A stretch of 63,907 nt of DNA, the filler included, from Parasitella parasitica NRRL 2501 (lineage: Eukaryota; Fungi; Mucoromycota), in the NCBI GenBank assembly GCA_025201805.1. It is 5 parts of 5 records of this genome, joined end to end, with 100 filler letters (N's around TTAATTAATTAA, not from the genome) between each part and the next. Parts side by side here need not be neighbours in the genome. Positions count along the whole stretch, not along the records: positions 1 to 26,494 come from MU619448.1; positions 26,595 to 50,063 come from MU619454.1; 3 more parts are not named here. One strand, 5' to 3'. Below, piece by piece: positions 13,591 to 26,615 of this stretch; the first letter of the stretch is position 1, and every line of letters starts with the position of its first letter. Under the pieces are notes generated by a model that saw nothing but the letters and a program-made list of their open reading frames with translations, was not told the DNA's origin and ran no database searches. The position numbers and the translations under genes are program-made.

Positions 13591-16491
13591 TTACTCTTCG
13601 TTGGTAGCAGCAGTGGCAGCGGCAGCGGCTTCCTTTTCAGCCTTCTTGGCTTCTCTAGCAGCCTCTTTGGCAGCATCTCTAGCTTCTCTAGCAGCCCTTT
13701 CCTCGGCTCTTCTTTTATCTTCAGCAGCACGCTTCTCCTCGTATTCCTTGTGCTTTTGTTCTTTTTCTTGTCTCTTTTCTTGTTCTTCCTTTTCATATTC
13801 ATAAAGCTCCAAGAGCTCTTCCTTGGCAGATTGAGCATCTTTCTTACCGCCACGAACGGTAATCTCATCAGGGTTAGTTGGAGAGGAAGAAGCGGGGGTT
13901 TCATCACCACGGTTGCCTGATCTAGGAAATTTGATAAACACGTTGTACTTGTCTTCGAGCTTCTTAACATAACGACCACTGGGGCCAATCAAGAAACGAT
14001 GGAATGCCTTGGGCACCTTCAAAGACAAAGTGACTTGATCAGCCAGGTTGGAAATTTGTGAGTTAATGCGATCCTTGGCAGCTTCTACATTAATCTTGGG
14101 ACCTTGAATGACAACCTTTACAGGGGCAGCATTCTTCTTGTCTTTCTTGGAGGCAACAAGCTTTTCTTCAGATTTGTTGTTCTCTCCAATATCAACCTTC
14201 ACACCAAGGTCATCCTTAAGTTTATTGATGTGAACACCGGCCTTACCAATGATATGAGCAGAAAAATTGGCAGGGATAAAGAATTCAGCACTAAATGGCT
14301 TGGAGAAATCAACCTGTTGGGCAGCATCGAAAGCCTTTTGCAAAGAAGTCATAACCCGGTTGACATCTTGGCTGAGGCCACGAACCTCAACCTTTTCGTT
14401 GGGACCGAAACGAATGATAGCATCCGATTCACCGATAATGGCGTTCAAAGTGGTACCTTTAGGGCCACGAAGAGCATCGTGGAACTCAACAGGGATCGAG
14501 GTAGTCTTGGAAATGTAATCAGAAGAATCGGCAGCAATCTTCTTCAATGCAGCAGAGGCATTTTCAAGAGAGGCCTTGGCAGCGGCCTTGTCGTCGCCAC
14601 CATAAATAAGTAAGATGGTAGTAGAGTTCTCTTTTTCATTAGGAACAGAAATGGTGACATTGTTGGTAGATTGAATGCGGTCGATAGCAGCACGTTGGCT
14701 AGAAAGAATGTATTGATGGAGATAAGATTCAATGTCGACAGAGCCAAAAACCTCAGGAGTCAGTTCGCGAACAATGTTGGAAATAGCTAATTGAGCAAGA
14801 GCAGCATCCTTCTCAACCTTACTAACAAATTCGAGATTGACGGCCTTCTTGAGTTCATCATATTGAGGTACACCGACTTGGACGTTGTGGTCATTCTCAA
14901 TCTTTTTGATACTGTTTTTGACCACCAAGTACTGGAGGGCAGATCGAGCATGCTTCAAGGCATCCTTCCCAGAAGATTTGTAGCTTTCAGACAAATCAAG
15001 TACACTGACATGAACAGCGCGAGCCTTTTCCATGACAACAGTCAAACCCTTAACCAAATCAGCTTCAGGGCCACGAATAGTAACATTCTCGGAAGGATCA
15101 TCGAAAGGAGGAAGCTCAACCGTACAGTTGGATTCAGCCAAAATTTCCTTGAGAGTCTCACCATTCTTACCATACAGATACTTATGCTGACGCTTAGGAA
15201 TGCTAATAGCTACAGTGCGGCTGGTGTTTGCGATATTGTCATAAATCTTCTCCAGAGCCTGCTTGGCTAATTGAATTTTCTCTTTATCGCCGGTGATAGA
15301 AATAGCCGTTACACGGTTAGTATTGCCATCCACAATCACAGCAGGGATATGGATCTTGACATCGAACTCCTCTTCCAACTTTTTGATGTTGTTGTTTTGA
15401 GGACCAGCAAGGAAGAGGTAAAACCTGCTATCCAAGTTGTCAATTTTGATAGTTTGTTTGGCGGCCTAAAATGACAGAAAACATGAATATCACACACACA
15501 CTCTCCCTCGCTCTCTCCAACAATGTTACACATTAGTGATTTCGTACCTTTTCGCCAACAATCTTTTGAATTTCTTCCTTGGCAATTCTGATGCCTTGAG
15601 CATCACCTACAATAGTAACGCTTACACTTTCATCTGAATCTTCGTTATGAACAAATTCTTCGTCGTCCTTGCGAGGAAAGTTGATACGAGTGTTGGATTT
15701 GGCTTCGATTTGCTTGAGATTGGCGCCCTTAGCACCGATGATGAAACGACGCGTGTTGGCAGGAACAGTGATATCTTCAGTAATCTATCAAATCCGATGT
15801 CTAAATGCCTAAATTTCTTTCTCCTCGCCCTTTATTTGCAACTTACTTTAATGACAAGACCAGCAATTAATTCTCTCTTGGCTCTAGCAACGTCAGCAGG
15901 AGAACCCTGGATAACAAAACTGGTTGTACCAGAACGGTTGGTAGAAGCAATAATGGTGGTGCCTGTCTCTTGAATGACCTTTTGGATGATATTGCTACTA
16001 TTAAAACCAAGAGGAGTGTTTGGCATGTTGGCAATTTGTTGGCTAGCAGGCAAGCCGAGAACATCAGTAACTTGGGTAGCGCCAGACTTCTTCTTTGAAC
16101 TGCCAGAAGCGGGAGCCATAGGTCTTGAGGGAGAGGAAGCAGGAGCCTTGACGCGAGAAGCATTAGAGGAGAACCAAGTGCTGGCAACAGGAGGGCAGGG
16201 AGAAGCAGACAGAGAAGGGAAAGCAGACTCAGAGTTCAAATCAAGTTCCTTCTTGGATTCAGGTTCTTTCTTGGGAGCAGACATATAAGTAGGTTTACCA
16301 ATGGGAGTAGGAAAATCACCAGCTATAAGAGGCTCATAGCTAGAATTATCCATCAAAACAACGGGATCATTAGGAGAAGGAGCAAAAGAATCTTGTTCAG
16401 CTTGTAGAGTTGATGGGTTGGCGGCCTGAGCGTGGAGAAGAGCTAATTTAGCAGCAGGAGACAAAGTATCCAAAGATTCGTTTGAAGTCAT
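13591..16491 (-). CDS. SCP160: multi-KH-domain RNA-binding protein, vigilin/Scp160-like, 3 exons
   Basis: N-terminal DLNSESAFPSL motif; repeated KH GxxG loops (IIGAKGANL, LYGKNGETL, IIGKAGVHI, LIGPSGRYV); two introns near 15785-15846 and 15467-15547. Confidence 0.8.
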
Positions 16492-16823
16492 AGTTTAGAA
16501 GAAGCAGGAAGCGAGAGTTGTACCGTGTTGTGATATGAGAAAAAGCAGCTTTTTTTTTTTATTTTTATAAAGATACGCTAATGATTTCTTTTCTGAATTT
16601 TTTAAATGGAAATTGTCAAAGGAAAGAAAGAGCAAAGAGCTGTGGACCCTTCGAAAATGGAGGGATAAACTGCTGTCTTTTTTGCCCTTTCAATTTCTGG
16701 CCAATGATACACTTACAGAACTATTGTAACGTGTGTGTTCGAAAGTAACTTGATGGACTTTTAATCAGGACACTGGCGTGTTCACACTCGACTTTTTTTG
16801 TTTTGGATTGTGCGTATTATATC

Positions 16824-18548
16824 ATGCTATTCTTCGTACTGCATATAGCCAATCTACTGGTAACAGCACAGTTTATTGATAACAAAGTGCCTAAGCCTTA
16901 CATGGTAAGAGAAGAAAAGCAAAAAGAAAACCGCCATCTCACTTTCTTGTCACTACATTAGGACGAAATTTTTCATGTACCTCAGGCACAGCAATACTGC
17001 CGTGGTGATTATTATACATGGGATCAAAAACTAACAACCCCACCAGGATTGTAAATGATGGCTTACTTTTAGCTTGTATGAATTTACTCTCATGCCATCT
17101 GTTCGTTAGATACATTGCCAGCAATATAATAGCATGGATTGGCAGCTTGTTCAGCTTCGATCTCTGTACTGTAAATTCATTGCGTTTCACAAATATATTG
17201 TTTTCAATTGGATTGTATTTAGTTTTGGTTTCCTTGGTAACGACATTGTATCCAGCAACAAAAAATTGCTCAAATACGAAGTTGTATGCATTGACATTAG
17301 CATGGTTTCCAATTGGTTTCTTTTACAACTTTTTATACTATACTGATCCTGGTTCAACTTTTTTGGTGCTGCTATCCTATTTACTGGTAAAAAAAAAGAG
17401 ATATACTATATCTGGTCTTGTAGGCATGGTTTCATTAGCATTTCGTCAGACAAATGTAGTCTGGCTTTGCCTATTTATGGTGGTGACCATCATTGATACA
17501 CTTTCAAATATCGGCGATAGTAAGAAGAATGATAATACAGGCGTACGTTTCTATAATCCAAAATGCTCATCTATTCAGCAGCCATGTAAGTACCTATGGA
17601 ATCAATAGAAATCGTTGATTTATTCTAAAACGTCAAAACAGCTGAAATGTTTCGGTCTATCTACAGTTTGACTATTAACACGCTCAAGAATATCAAGACT
17701 ATCTTACCAAACATTGCAACTTTTCTCTTGGGGATTGCCTCGTTTGCCGTATTTTTGATATGGAATGGCGGCATCGTCTTAGGTGATCGCTCAAACCATG
17801 CTGCTGGTCTGCATTTTCCCCAAATATTCTACTATTCTTCGTTTTTATCTTTTTTTGCTGCTCCATGGACATTGTCTTGTGCTCCTGTCCTGAAATTATT
17901 CGGTATCAAAAGGTAAATTGTCCCCATTGTTTGCTACAGCAGTAACTTGATCTGAACGGACTGTTATTAAGCTTAATCTATGGTGCTGCGTCGACTTTGA
18001 TTGCCTTGTTTCTTGTGTATAAATTCACGTAACGTATACATCTATCCTGATGAGCAGCCAAAAGTACTAAACGTTTATATACTAGACATGAGCACCCATT
18101 CATCTTGAGTGATAATAGACATTACACTTTCTACGTATGGCATAGAGTCTACAAACGTCATTGGATTGTGCGTTATGGATTAGCGCCTGTATATACAGTG
18201 AGTGAGTTTTTGAATATTCGAGCATTTTGTACGTATAAAATTTGTTGGATTTAGTCAGCTAGAAAACTCAACATATTTATAGCCGAACATACAAGCTTTC
18301 TTTTGGCATTGGGTTACTTTGTGGCACTTATGCTCTCCTTGGTCCCGTCTCCCTTACTTGAATTTCGATATTTCATCATTCCATTCTTATTCTATATGGT
18401 GCATATACCACCTCCCACTCAAATGATGCGAGCTGTTGTTGGTTTAGGCTTATATCTATCAATTCACGTTATCACTGTCTATCTTTTTGTATACAAACCA
18501 TTCATATGGACAGATCAACCAGACCGATTGCAAAGATTTTTGTGGTAA
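16824..18548 (+). CDS. ALG10: dolichyl-P-Glc alpha-1,2-glucosyltransferase (Die2/Alg10), multi-exon
   Basis: VPKPYM|[13 protein letters not shown]...[62 protein letters not shown]-terminal QRFLW. Confidence 0.95.
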
Positions 18549-18656
18549 AAGGAAAGATTACACTATATAGATTTCTGATTTTATTTAGAGATATTTATTC
18601 ACTACTACTGACGACATCGAACTATAAAAAAAAATTGATAGCGATACTTTAATGAA

Positions 18657-20632
18657 TTATCGCTTGCGTCTCTCATCATCACTATCATCATTGTCTTCAC
18701 GAACTCGTTTACCCTTCTTTGCCTTGTTTAAAAAGGTATCCAAACCGAAAACATCTTTATCGACCTTCTTTGGTTGACCCAATGTTTCCTTTTCAAATTC
18801 GACAGGTCCGCTAGAGCTCTCTCCACCTTCGGTACCTTGGAATCCTTTACGAACGCCAAACTTATCTTGCTTGATAGATCTTTCGAGATCCTCAGCATTG
18901 GCACTACCCAAAACTTCAGATTCATTGTTGTCGCCTCTGAATCTGTATATAGATGACCCAGACTGATTGAACAATGGTTTGTCGTAAGTGTTATATGCTA
19001 TTGAAGACATGGATTGTTAACGTCTGAATAAAGGTCCGCCTCATAAGAAACTTCTTACCATCGTCATCCTTAAAGCCAGAGCCTATACCCTCGGATTGAT
19101 TGAATAATCTTGCATCATACATGCTCTCTTTACTTAACGATGGTTTAGCTAAACCTAGCGCAATTTTTTCAGAGATATCACGACCTGATTCTCTGTAGAA
19201 TTTGATGAGCACAAGAAATTTCACTGCTATACATAAACAACTTACCGAGCAAGATGCTTTGCCTTTGCTTCTGTGCCCATTTTACTCATACGCATTTCTC
19301 TTTGCCTTTGCTTTTGACGATCATGTCTTAATTGATCACGCTCCCTTGCTTTTTCTTCGTCGCTATCTTCAACAGCACGTCTAGCGGGAGAGTCATCTTC
19401 GCTATCTGATTTATTGGATCCTGATTCGTCAGAGCTGTCATAATTTACCATGAGAGACGATGCGGAAGGTCTATTAGTCTGGGCAGATACAGAATCAGCC
19501 GATGAAGATGGTTTGAATCCAGCTCGTTCTTCACGAGCCTTTTGTGCCAGTTGTCGTAGTTTATCCTCTTCCGCTTCCTTTTGTTTTTGTGCTAATTTTT
19601 GTTGCATCAAGTTTCTTTGTCTTACTTCATCACGAGCATGTCTATCGGCAGCATACAATGCTTCAGAAAATTTAGCAAAGTTATCGTTGATTGTTAATTC
19701 TTGAAGTCCACGGCCATCAGCAGCTAAACGTTTATCGAGTGGAATGGTATAACCTTTGGTATTCTTCCAATTAGAAACACAGGGAGGGATGACCCATTCG
19801 GCTTGTTCTTTTGCTGTTAATTTACGAGGAGGTGAATGCATGACTGGGGCTGGAGGCGATGGTGGACCACGAGGAACTTTTTTATGTAAATGGCTGGGAG
19901 GCTCCATAGGGTCGATGGGCGCATCAACCATACGAATAATTCTTTGTTTAGCTCCAGAGTTATGTCCTTCACCCGCTTGACTTTGCGAAGGTGTATAGCG
20001 AATGTAAGTAGGATCTTTGTTGGTGCCACTGCCATTAGGTGGCCCGACGTTCTTGGGCTGCAGTGCTTTGATCTTGGAATTTACAATCTTTTCGAGCGCT
20101 AATCTTGTCTTTTCAGCAACACTTTGAACTTCTTCTTCGCCAGGTCTATCCATTACTAATTTGTCGACATCCATATCCTTGCGTTGATTGATGGGGACCA
20201 TATCCTTATAAGAGCTGTGAATAATACGATCATCGCTATGGCCTTGTCTAGCGATAGCATCGTACTTGACGTTGCCGTCTTCATCCACCTGCAATGTCAA
20301 AGCTCCTCCTTTACGATCAGCAGATGCTTTCTTATCTTTACGGCCCATATCCAAAGGATACTGTGCGATATGAATTTCAGGAAATGCGCCACCATTGCCG
20401 AAATCTTCAGCTACTCGAGGTCTAAAGCTTTTACGCTGACCATAGGGTGGAATTCTGCTTTGAGCTGACTTGGTGATGAGCTGACTGATCTGTTTTTCCA
20501 ACTGGGGCTCAGCTGAGGGTGCTGAATCCAATGTTTGACGAGGTTTTGGTAAAAGACTATAGTTTAGTTTTAGTTTGTATTTCATAAGAGGCATGTTTGT
20601 CAGGGCATCCTTTACCTGGAAAGTGAAGCCAT
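18657..20632 (-). CDS. PRP45: pre-mRNA splicing factor Prp45/SNW1 (SKIP)
   Basis: Short exon 1 ATGGCTTCACTTTCCAG|gtaaag (MASLS) splices to LLPKP; DFGNGGAFPEIHIAQYPLDMG, PPSPPAPVMHSPPRK, IPPCVSNWKNTKGYTIPLDKRL, GPVEFEK. Confidence 0.95.
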
Positions 20633-22961
20633 ATTTCGAATAAGGAAGAAAAAGCTTGAAATGAAAAAGGCAACCAGTCAATTTTTTTTACTCTACAAGT
20701 GGATGCGTCACCATCCTCCAAATGAAGAAGATGCAAGCTATAGTAGGTGGGTATTGGGTTTGAAGGAGAAAACGACTGCTTTTCATTAAAGTAATGTATT
20801 GGATCCAATGTTTGTAGACGGTGGTGCATCATTTCCTGAATGAGAAAACACTGTTGGGATATCGTTTCCTCTGCAGCACCGTTTGATCAGTTGTATCATG
20901 AATCAAGATTACGATTATTCTGTGTATAAGACAGCATGCCCAATAAGAATAGGTGCAACAAAAGATTAAGTAACCATAGCAACAGCAGATCAATTCACTT
21001 TGCTTGTATTCGTAAATATAGCAAACTGTCTTGATTCAATAGATTTCGATCAAGATATGGTTTTTTTCGTTGGACATGAATCGGTGATTAATCGATGTCA
21101 TACTTCACCAGAAGAGTGTGCTATTTACAGTTACTTGTGGTGCGATTCAAAGCTTTTCAGAAGGTGACGATGTGAAAACTTTTTAGATGACTTGTTGCAA
21201 ATGGGTGTAGCGAGTTACAAACAAATCAAAGACGACGAACCTAAATATTCTGCTATCATCAGTTTTTCGCAACAGATAAATCTCAATCTTCCTGTGAAAT
21301 ATTGGAACCAAGTGTTCATACAGAACATCTTAAGTCCTGCGTTGATTTAAGCTAGACGAACTGCAATGCCTTATGATGTACCTACAAAATGAAAAGATGG
21401 TGTTGTCTTGAGATGCGACAAATAACTTGCTTTGAGAAAGACAATGTTTGTCTTGTAGTACACAGTGCGTTCCTCATGAATTCCAAATCCTCATATCTTT
21501 GAATGTATTTCAACGAGATACGTTATAGACTATGTTAAAGCATGCGTATTTGGCCGACCAAAACTGAAGAATGCAACCCTCTCACCCACACTGGTTGGCT
21601 CGACAGTTACTGCTGTGTTTCTTCTACCCTCACTATCAGACATTTTGCGTAATCTGGAAAAAAATTTAACATTGAAGCTCTCTGAAGACGACCAAACACC
21701 TTTGGAAATCGACAATGATTTGCTTTAGGCGCTACTTTACTTCTTGACGAGTAATGTGTATAATGTAGGCAAGAGCATAATTGTACTTCATACGACATGC
21801 TCATCATTTCGCTTGCATCTTCGTACTAGCTAAATGACAGCCCTCTTGCATCGCGTTTTATGAAGCTTGCCAACAATTATTTAGATTGCGAGATTAATAA
21901 AACTCACAGTAATGCGCTTTTGTCCTTGACGACTCATGACAATTTAGGATGCCTGCCTGATTTGCGACATATCGATATACGTAGCTGCCTAGATACGTAT
22001 GTTGATTTAAAGAATGGTGAGATTGGGCGACGATGATGGGATAAATGAACGTATTAATACGTAAATAATGGAGCAAAAAGCATTATATGTTCGTTGTAAA
22101 ACAGCTTTACGTTTCAATGTAAGTACTGGCATGCTGATTGTCTATGCTAAAATGAAGTGGGAAGATGATTATGTATTTTTAATTCTGTTTATTTTTTTTT
22201 TTTTNNNNNNNNNNNNNNNNNNNNNNNNNNNNNNNNNNNNNNNNNNNNNNNNNNNNNNNNNNNNNNNNNNNNNNNNNNNNNNNNNNNNNNNNNNNNNNNN
22301 NNNNNNNNNNNNNNNNNNNNNNNNNNNNNNNNNNNNNNNNNNNNNNNNNNNNNNNNNNNNNNNNNNNNNNNNNNNNNNNNNNNNNNNNNNNNNNNNNNNN
22401 NNNNNNNNNNNNNNNNNNNNNNNNNNNNNNNNNNNNNNNNNNNNNNNNNNNNNNNNNNNNNNNNNNNNNNNNNNNNNNNTTCAATGATAGGCCATCCACT
22501 TGACATTAAGAGAGAACCAAAACTACAAATGTAAAGCAAAAAATATTTTTCAATTAGTAAAAAAGCTATTACAAGAACATAATAAATGATAATACCTGAA
22601 TGAACTACTGCACTAGAAACACGCCATTCTGTATATTGTTTTCTTTGCGATAGGTACTATAAAAGAATGCGTATGAGAGTATTAGTTATCTTGTTTTAGA
22701 AAACGTGTGTAATATTTACTGTTTTTAAGGAAAAAAATCAACTTTACCCAGAATCAAAGAGGCACAACGTATAATATCAACAGTAATGAACACAAATTGC
22801 ATGCGTTTGGATTGTAGATGATCAAGTATGAAAGTATATAATAGTAAGATAATAGCTTAATAGACGTAGAGAAGCAGCAAAAAAAAAAAAAAAAAAAAAG
22901 AAAAAAGAAGGCGTAGCCAATTTTTCAATACGACTGTGACCGTATTTTAGCGTAAACAGTA

Positions 22962-23840
22962 AATGCATGAAACACAGTGAACAATATAAAGAGGCAAAAC
23001 TTAGAGAAAAACTATAAACTGGTGCACCAAAGCTATATTGTGAAATTACTAGAAAAAAATATGTAAAAAAATACTTTTTAAAACTGTTATTTATTTTTTA
23101 GATGAAGCTCATCAAAATGTCAATTAAAAACTATCTTTTTATACTAGTTTTCCAAGGGTAAATGATTATGGTTATGAATGTTATGTCAAAAGTCTGATAA
23201 AATAAATCTGCCAAAGAATTACACCTTTATTCATAATACATCTCTCGATGTATTATATACACATTCATTACACTAGGGTTCTACTGTCTAGCTGCATAAT
23301 GTAAATCATGACTACCCATGATTTACTGTAAGACCCTGGGACTGATCTGAGATCCTGATGTGAGACCTTGCCATGTTATTGATATAACAATGAAGCTAAA
23401 TTATATTGGATTATTCATCCAGGACGTTTTGGCAGCGAGGATTGATAAAGAGATAACCAATGGCGGATTTGACGAGTGTTGGTGTTGTTTCTATTTGTTC
23501 TTGATATTGGATTACGTCTTCTTAAATCCATGCTAGCCTGGTCTTGACGATTGTAATCTTTGTGGAATATTCTGGGTAATTTGAAGTTCATATTGATACT
23601 ATTTACGGAGATTCTTTTTATGTGATGATCAGTTTATACTGATCTATAACATATATGATAAGACAAATTTGATGTTGTGGAATATGGCACCTTTTATGGT
23701 TTGAAAATTGGTTGCTTGGCTGAAAAGTTATTTCAATCTAAAGTCTTGATGAAAAGAGGGCAAAATGAGAAAAACAGTTATTTCAAGTCTCATAGTTTTT
23801 CTCTAGAATTTTAGTAATGACAGCCATGTTTAAATGCATT
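22962..23840. mobile_element. possible non-autonomous TIR element (degenerate inverted ends) containing a solo LTR
   Basis: AATGCAT..AAACA...TAGAGAAAAACTAT near 22962-23014 is an imperfect inverted match to ATAGTTTTTCTCTA...TGTTTAAATGCATT near 23792-23840. Confidence 0.35.
23179..23389 (-). mobile_element. solo LTR (211 bp), copy 1
   Basis: TGTTAT...ATAACA termini; 5-bp TSD ATGAA on both sides; near-identical reverse complement at 61540-61750. Confidence 0.9.
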
Positions 23841-24419
23841 GTAGCATTCGAATGGTGTATTACAACTGACATGTGGGTAATTTCTCTTGTCCCTACACTG
23901 CTCAATATACAAGCAACCGAAAATGCGAAATCTGCGACATGCAGCAGTATCATTTTGAAAATATTACGGTTGTAAGATATGCTTTGCTTTTTATTGGTAT
24001 TGTATTCAAATATATGGAGATTCTGATCTATCTTCAGTGCTGCTGCTTTCTCAAAAGGGAGACGATTTGATACTGATTTGTCATGATATAGTTACCAGCT
24101 ATACCTCAAGAACCTTTGATTGAGCACGTAGCTGAATTTAAAAAAACCAGCGCATTTTTCTGTTCTGAATGATTCAGTTAGCCAAAGAGAAACTCCCCAT
24201 TTCGAAACACTTTGATTGCATATTTGATGCCAAATTCAACACAAAGTCTCCAAGCATAATACAACATATTGATACAAAAAATGGTGCTCTATCTAACTAT
24301 GCCAAGATTAAAGTGAATTGCATTGAAAAATAATGGATAAATCCGAAAAACCGAAAAAAATATGTTTCTTTTTTTTTATTTTTGGCCCAAATGTCTGCTT
24401 TTTTATAGTTTAATGCATG

Positions 24420-24882
24420 TGTCATGAACTTGTCGAGCCTTCAAGCCCAAAAAATTATACATCTTGATCTAAAAATATATATCACCTTGTTCTTCCCTAA
24501 TCGATCCACATTGCATTCTTGCCTCTCTGATTCACACTGTCATTCTTGCCTTACTCATCCACATTATACTATTGACTTATTGATCCACGATATCCTATTT
24601 ACCTAATTGATTCACGTTATAGTAAATAGTCTAGTTCACATTTCAGTGAGCTAGACAGCTCGCAAAAAAGTATAAATAGAGGCCATTTTGACCAGCAAAG
24701 AAGAGTTTTCTTCGTCAGATCTCCTCATCGAATTCCCTTATTAAATATCCCTAGCAATCTTCTTATCTTTCTCCACCTTTCCCTTATAAAAACATAGCCT
24801 CCTTATTTGAAATAAACTTCTGCATATCTTCTCTTAGTACTCTGTCCCTGATTATCTAATAAGGCCGTAGATCCCTGATACA
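24420..24882 (+). mobile_element. probable solo LTR
   Basis: TGT...ACA termini, internal TATAAATA (~24671) and AATAAA (~24811); no TSD recognised. Confidence 0.45.
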
Positions 24883-25044
24883 TGGTGTGATTTAGAGAAT
24901 GGAACGATAGATTGTATCTATTGTCCATGAACATGTGATGTTGAGTTATAAATAAGGAACATGATCTATTGGGATATGTTCCTGAGTTGTGTTCAGGATT
25001 GAGTTTACTTGAGTTTGACTTCCGGTTGCGAAATTGACACATCA
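24880..25044 (-). repeat. ~165-bp dispersed repeat (short LTR-like), copy 1
   Basis: Reverse complement of 50421-50586 with few substitutions; TGATGTG/TGGTGTG imperfect inverted ends. Confidence 0.75.
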
Positions 25045-26380
25045 TATCTTTTCCTATTACAAATGGTCTTCCTCTTGCAATTTTTGATGTTTTTGTTTCG
25101 TAGCAAAAAAAAGTTATATTCTGAGTAAATACAAACGCATAAAGTCAAATTAAAAATCCCTCACATCAATAAGTTGATCGTACCCATATGCAATGGAATG
25201 GTATAACTAAAAGCAAGTAACTGAAAAAATTAAAATAAGACTCAAATGTCACGCATAGTCAATTCATGCCATTCGAGTTCGCATAACATATTAAGTCATA
25301 TAAATCAAATCGAATTACAAATACAATTTGAGATCTTATCAATGAATGTCGTGTGAAGGAAAACACTCCTGATCAAAGTGCTTTCCCTTACACAATAGAT
25401 ATTCAGAATAAGAATAATAATGACAAAGATATCAATTATGGCAGCTCGTCATTCAATGAGTTTTTCCCATCATTCTAGATGAGGATATCTTTAACAGAAT
25501 AACTAAAGTATGACGATAGCCATCCTAATACGGCCAATCAATGTTACGCAAATCTCCATCAATGGTGAAAGCATTCAGCATAATTTGCTTCTCCTTAAAA
25601 CCTAAAATCAAACAACGACAAATTAACGCATTGACTATAGGATCAATGCTTCATTCATGAAAACTGATTTTTTACAACAATTCAAATCCTATAAATACTA
25701 AGATGTTTTTCTCTAGATAAAACCTCAGCATACTTTTATAATAAAGAACCCCAAACTTGATTATAATTGTAATTTCATATCGCTTTTATTTTTACTTTTT
25801 TTTTTATTTCGTAAATCTTTCAAATTTACTGCACGCACCTTGACATTTGAGCAAGTCCGCATATCTTGTTGATTTCATGGCAGCCGAAACATTGCGATAT
25901 CCAGTGACAGTTGAGATATTATACTGATATTGCCCCAAAAAGCATATACATTTTAGGGTTTTGCCTATCTAGTGAATAATGGTAACATATATCTGAGCTT
26001 GAATTTACCAGTGTGAACATAGGCCATTAGTAGTGAAGCAGCTATTTCAATTGAGGAGCAAAACATGAACTCTATAAGAAATCTGGTTATGTATAAATAT
26101 GAATCAATGGCCAAGATGCTGTAAAATATGACTTTAATAGTTATTTTTATGTATCTTTATGTTTTGGTTAAAATAAATGCTACCTAATTATGACCATCAC
26201 CTTTTTCCCCGCTTAAAAGCATAATCTACAATCTTTGATATCTTTGCATACTATTAAGCGATAGAGACACAACCTTCAGCCAAAATCTTCTTTTTTTGCA
26301 GCACTTTACAACATATCCGAGTTTTATGCATGTATGGCCATGTTTCAGATTTTGCTATGTTTGGACCCTAAACCTCATTG

Positions 26381-26494
26381 TGAAATACATTCACCATGAT
26401 GATCTGCATTCCACTTCTAGATTCATCCAGTTACCTTAAATTGATATAAACTACATATGCGCACAGATAATAAGATGTGCAATACAGATTTATA
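26381..26494 (+). repeat. terminus of an LTR-like repeat, truncated by a gap
   Basis: TGAAATAC...GATGATCTGCATTCCAC...CAGATTTATA matches 62189-62300. Confidence 0.75.
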
Positions 26495-26615
26495 NNNNNN
26501 NNNNNNNNNNNNNNNNNNNNNNNNNNNNNNNNNNNNNNTTAATTAATTAANNNNNNNNNNNNNNNNNNNNNNNNNNNNNNNNNNNNNNNNNNNNTCAGAT
26601 TTGCACTTCGAATTC

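Noticed and set aside
6651-20468. Many antisense or alternate-frame ORFs over FOX2, SCP160 and PRP45
   Set aside because: By-products of codon bias in conserved genes.
20700-22050. Coding-like sequence upstream of PRP45
   Set aside because: Heavily interrupted and no recognisable family; probably a pseudogene or TE relic, as are ~25400-25700, ~32500-33200 and ~47900-48450.
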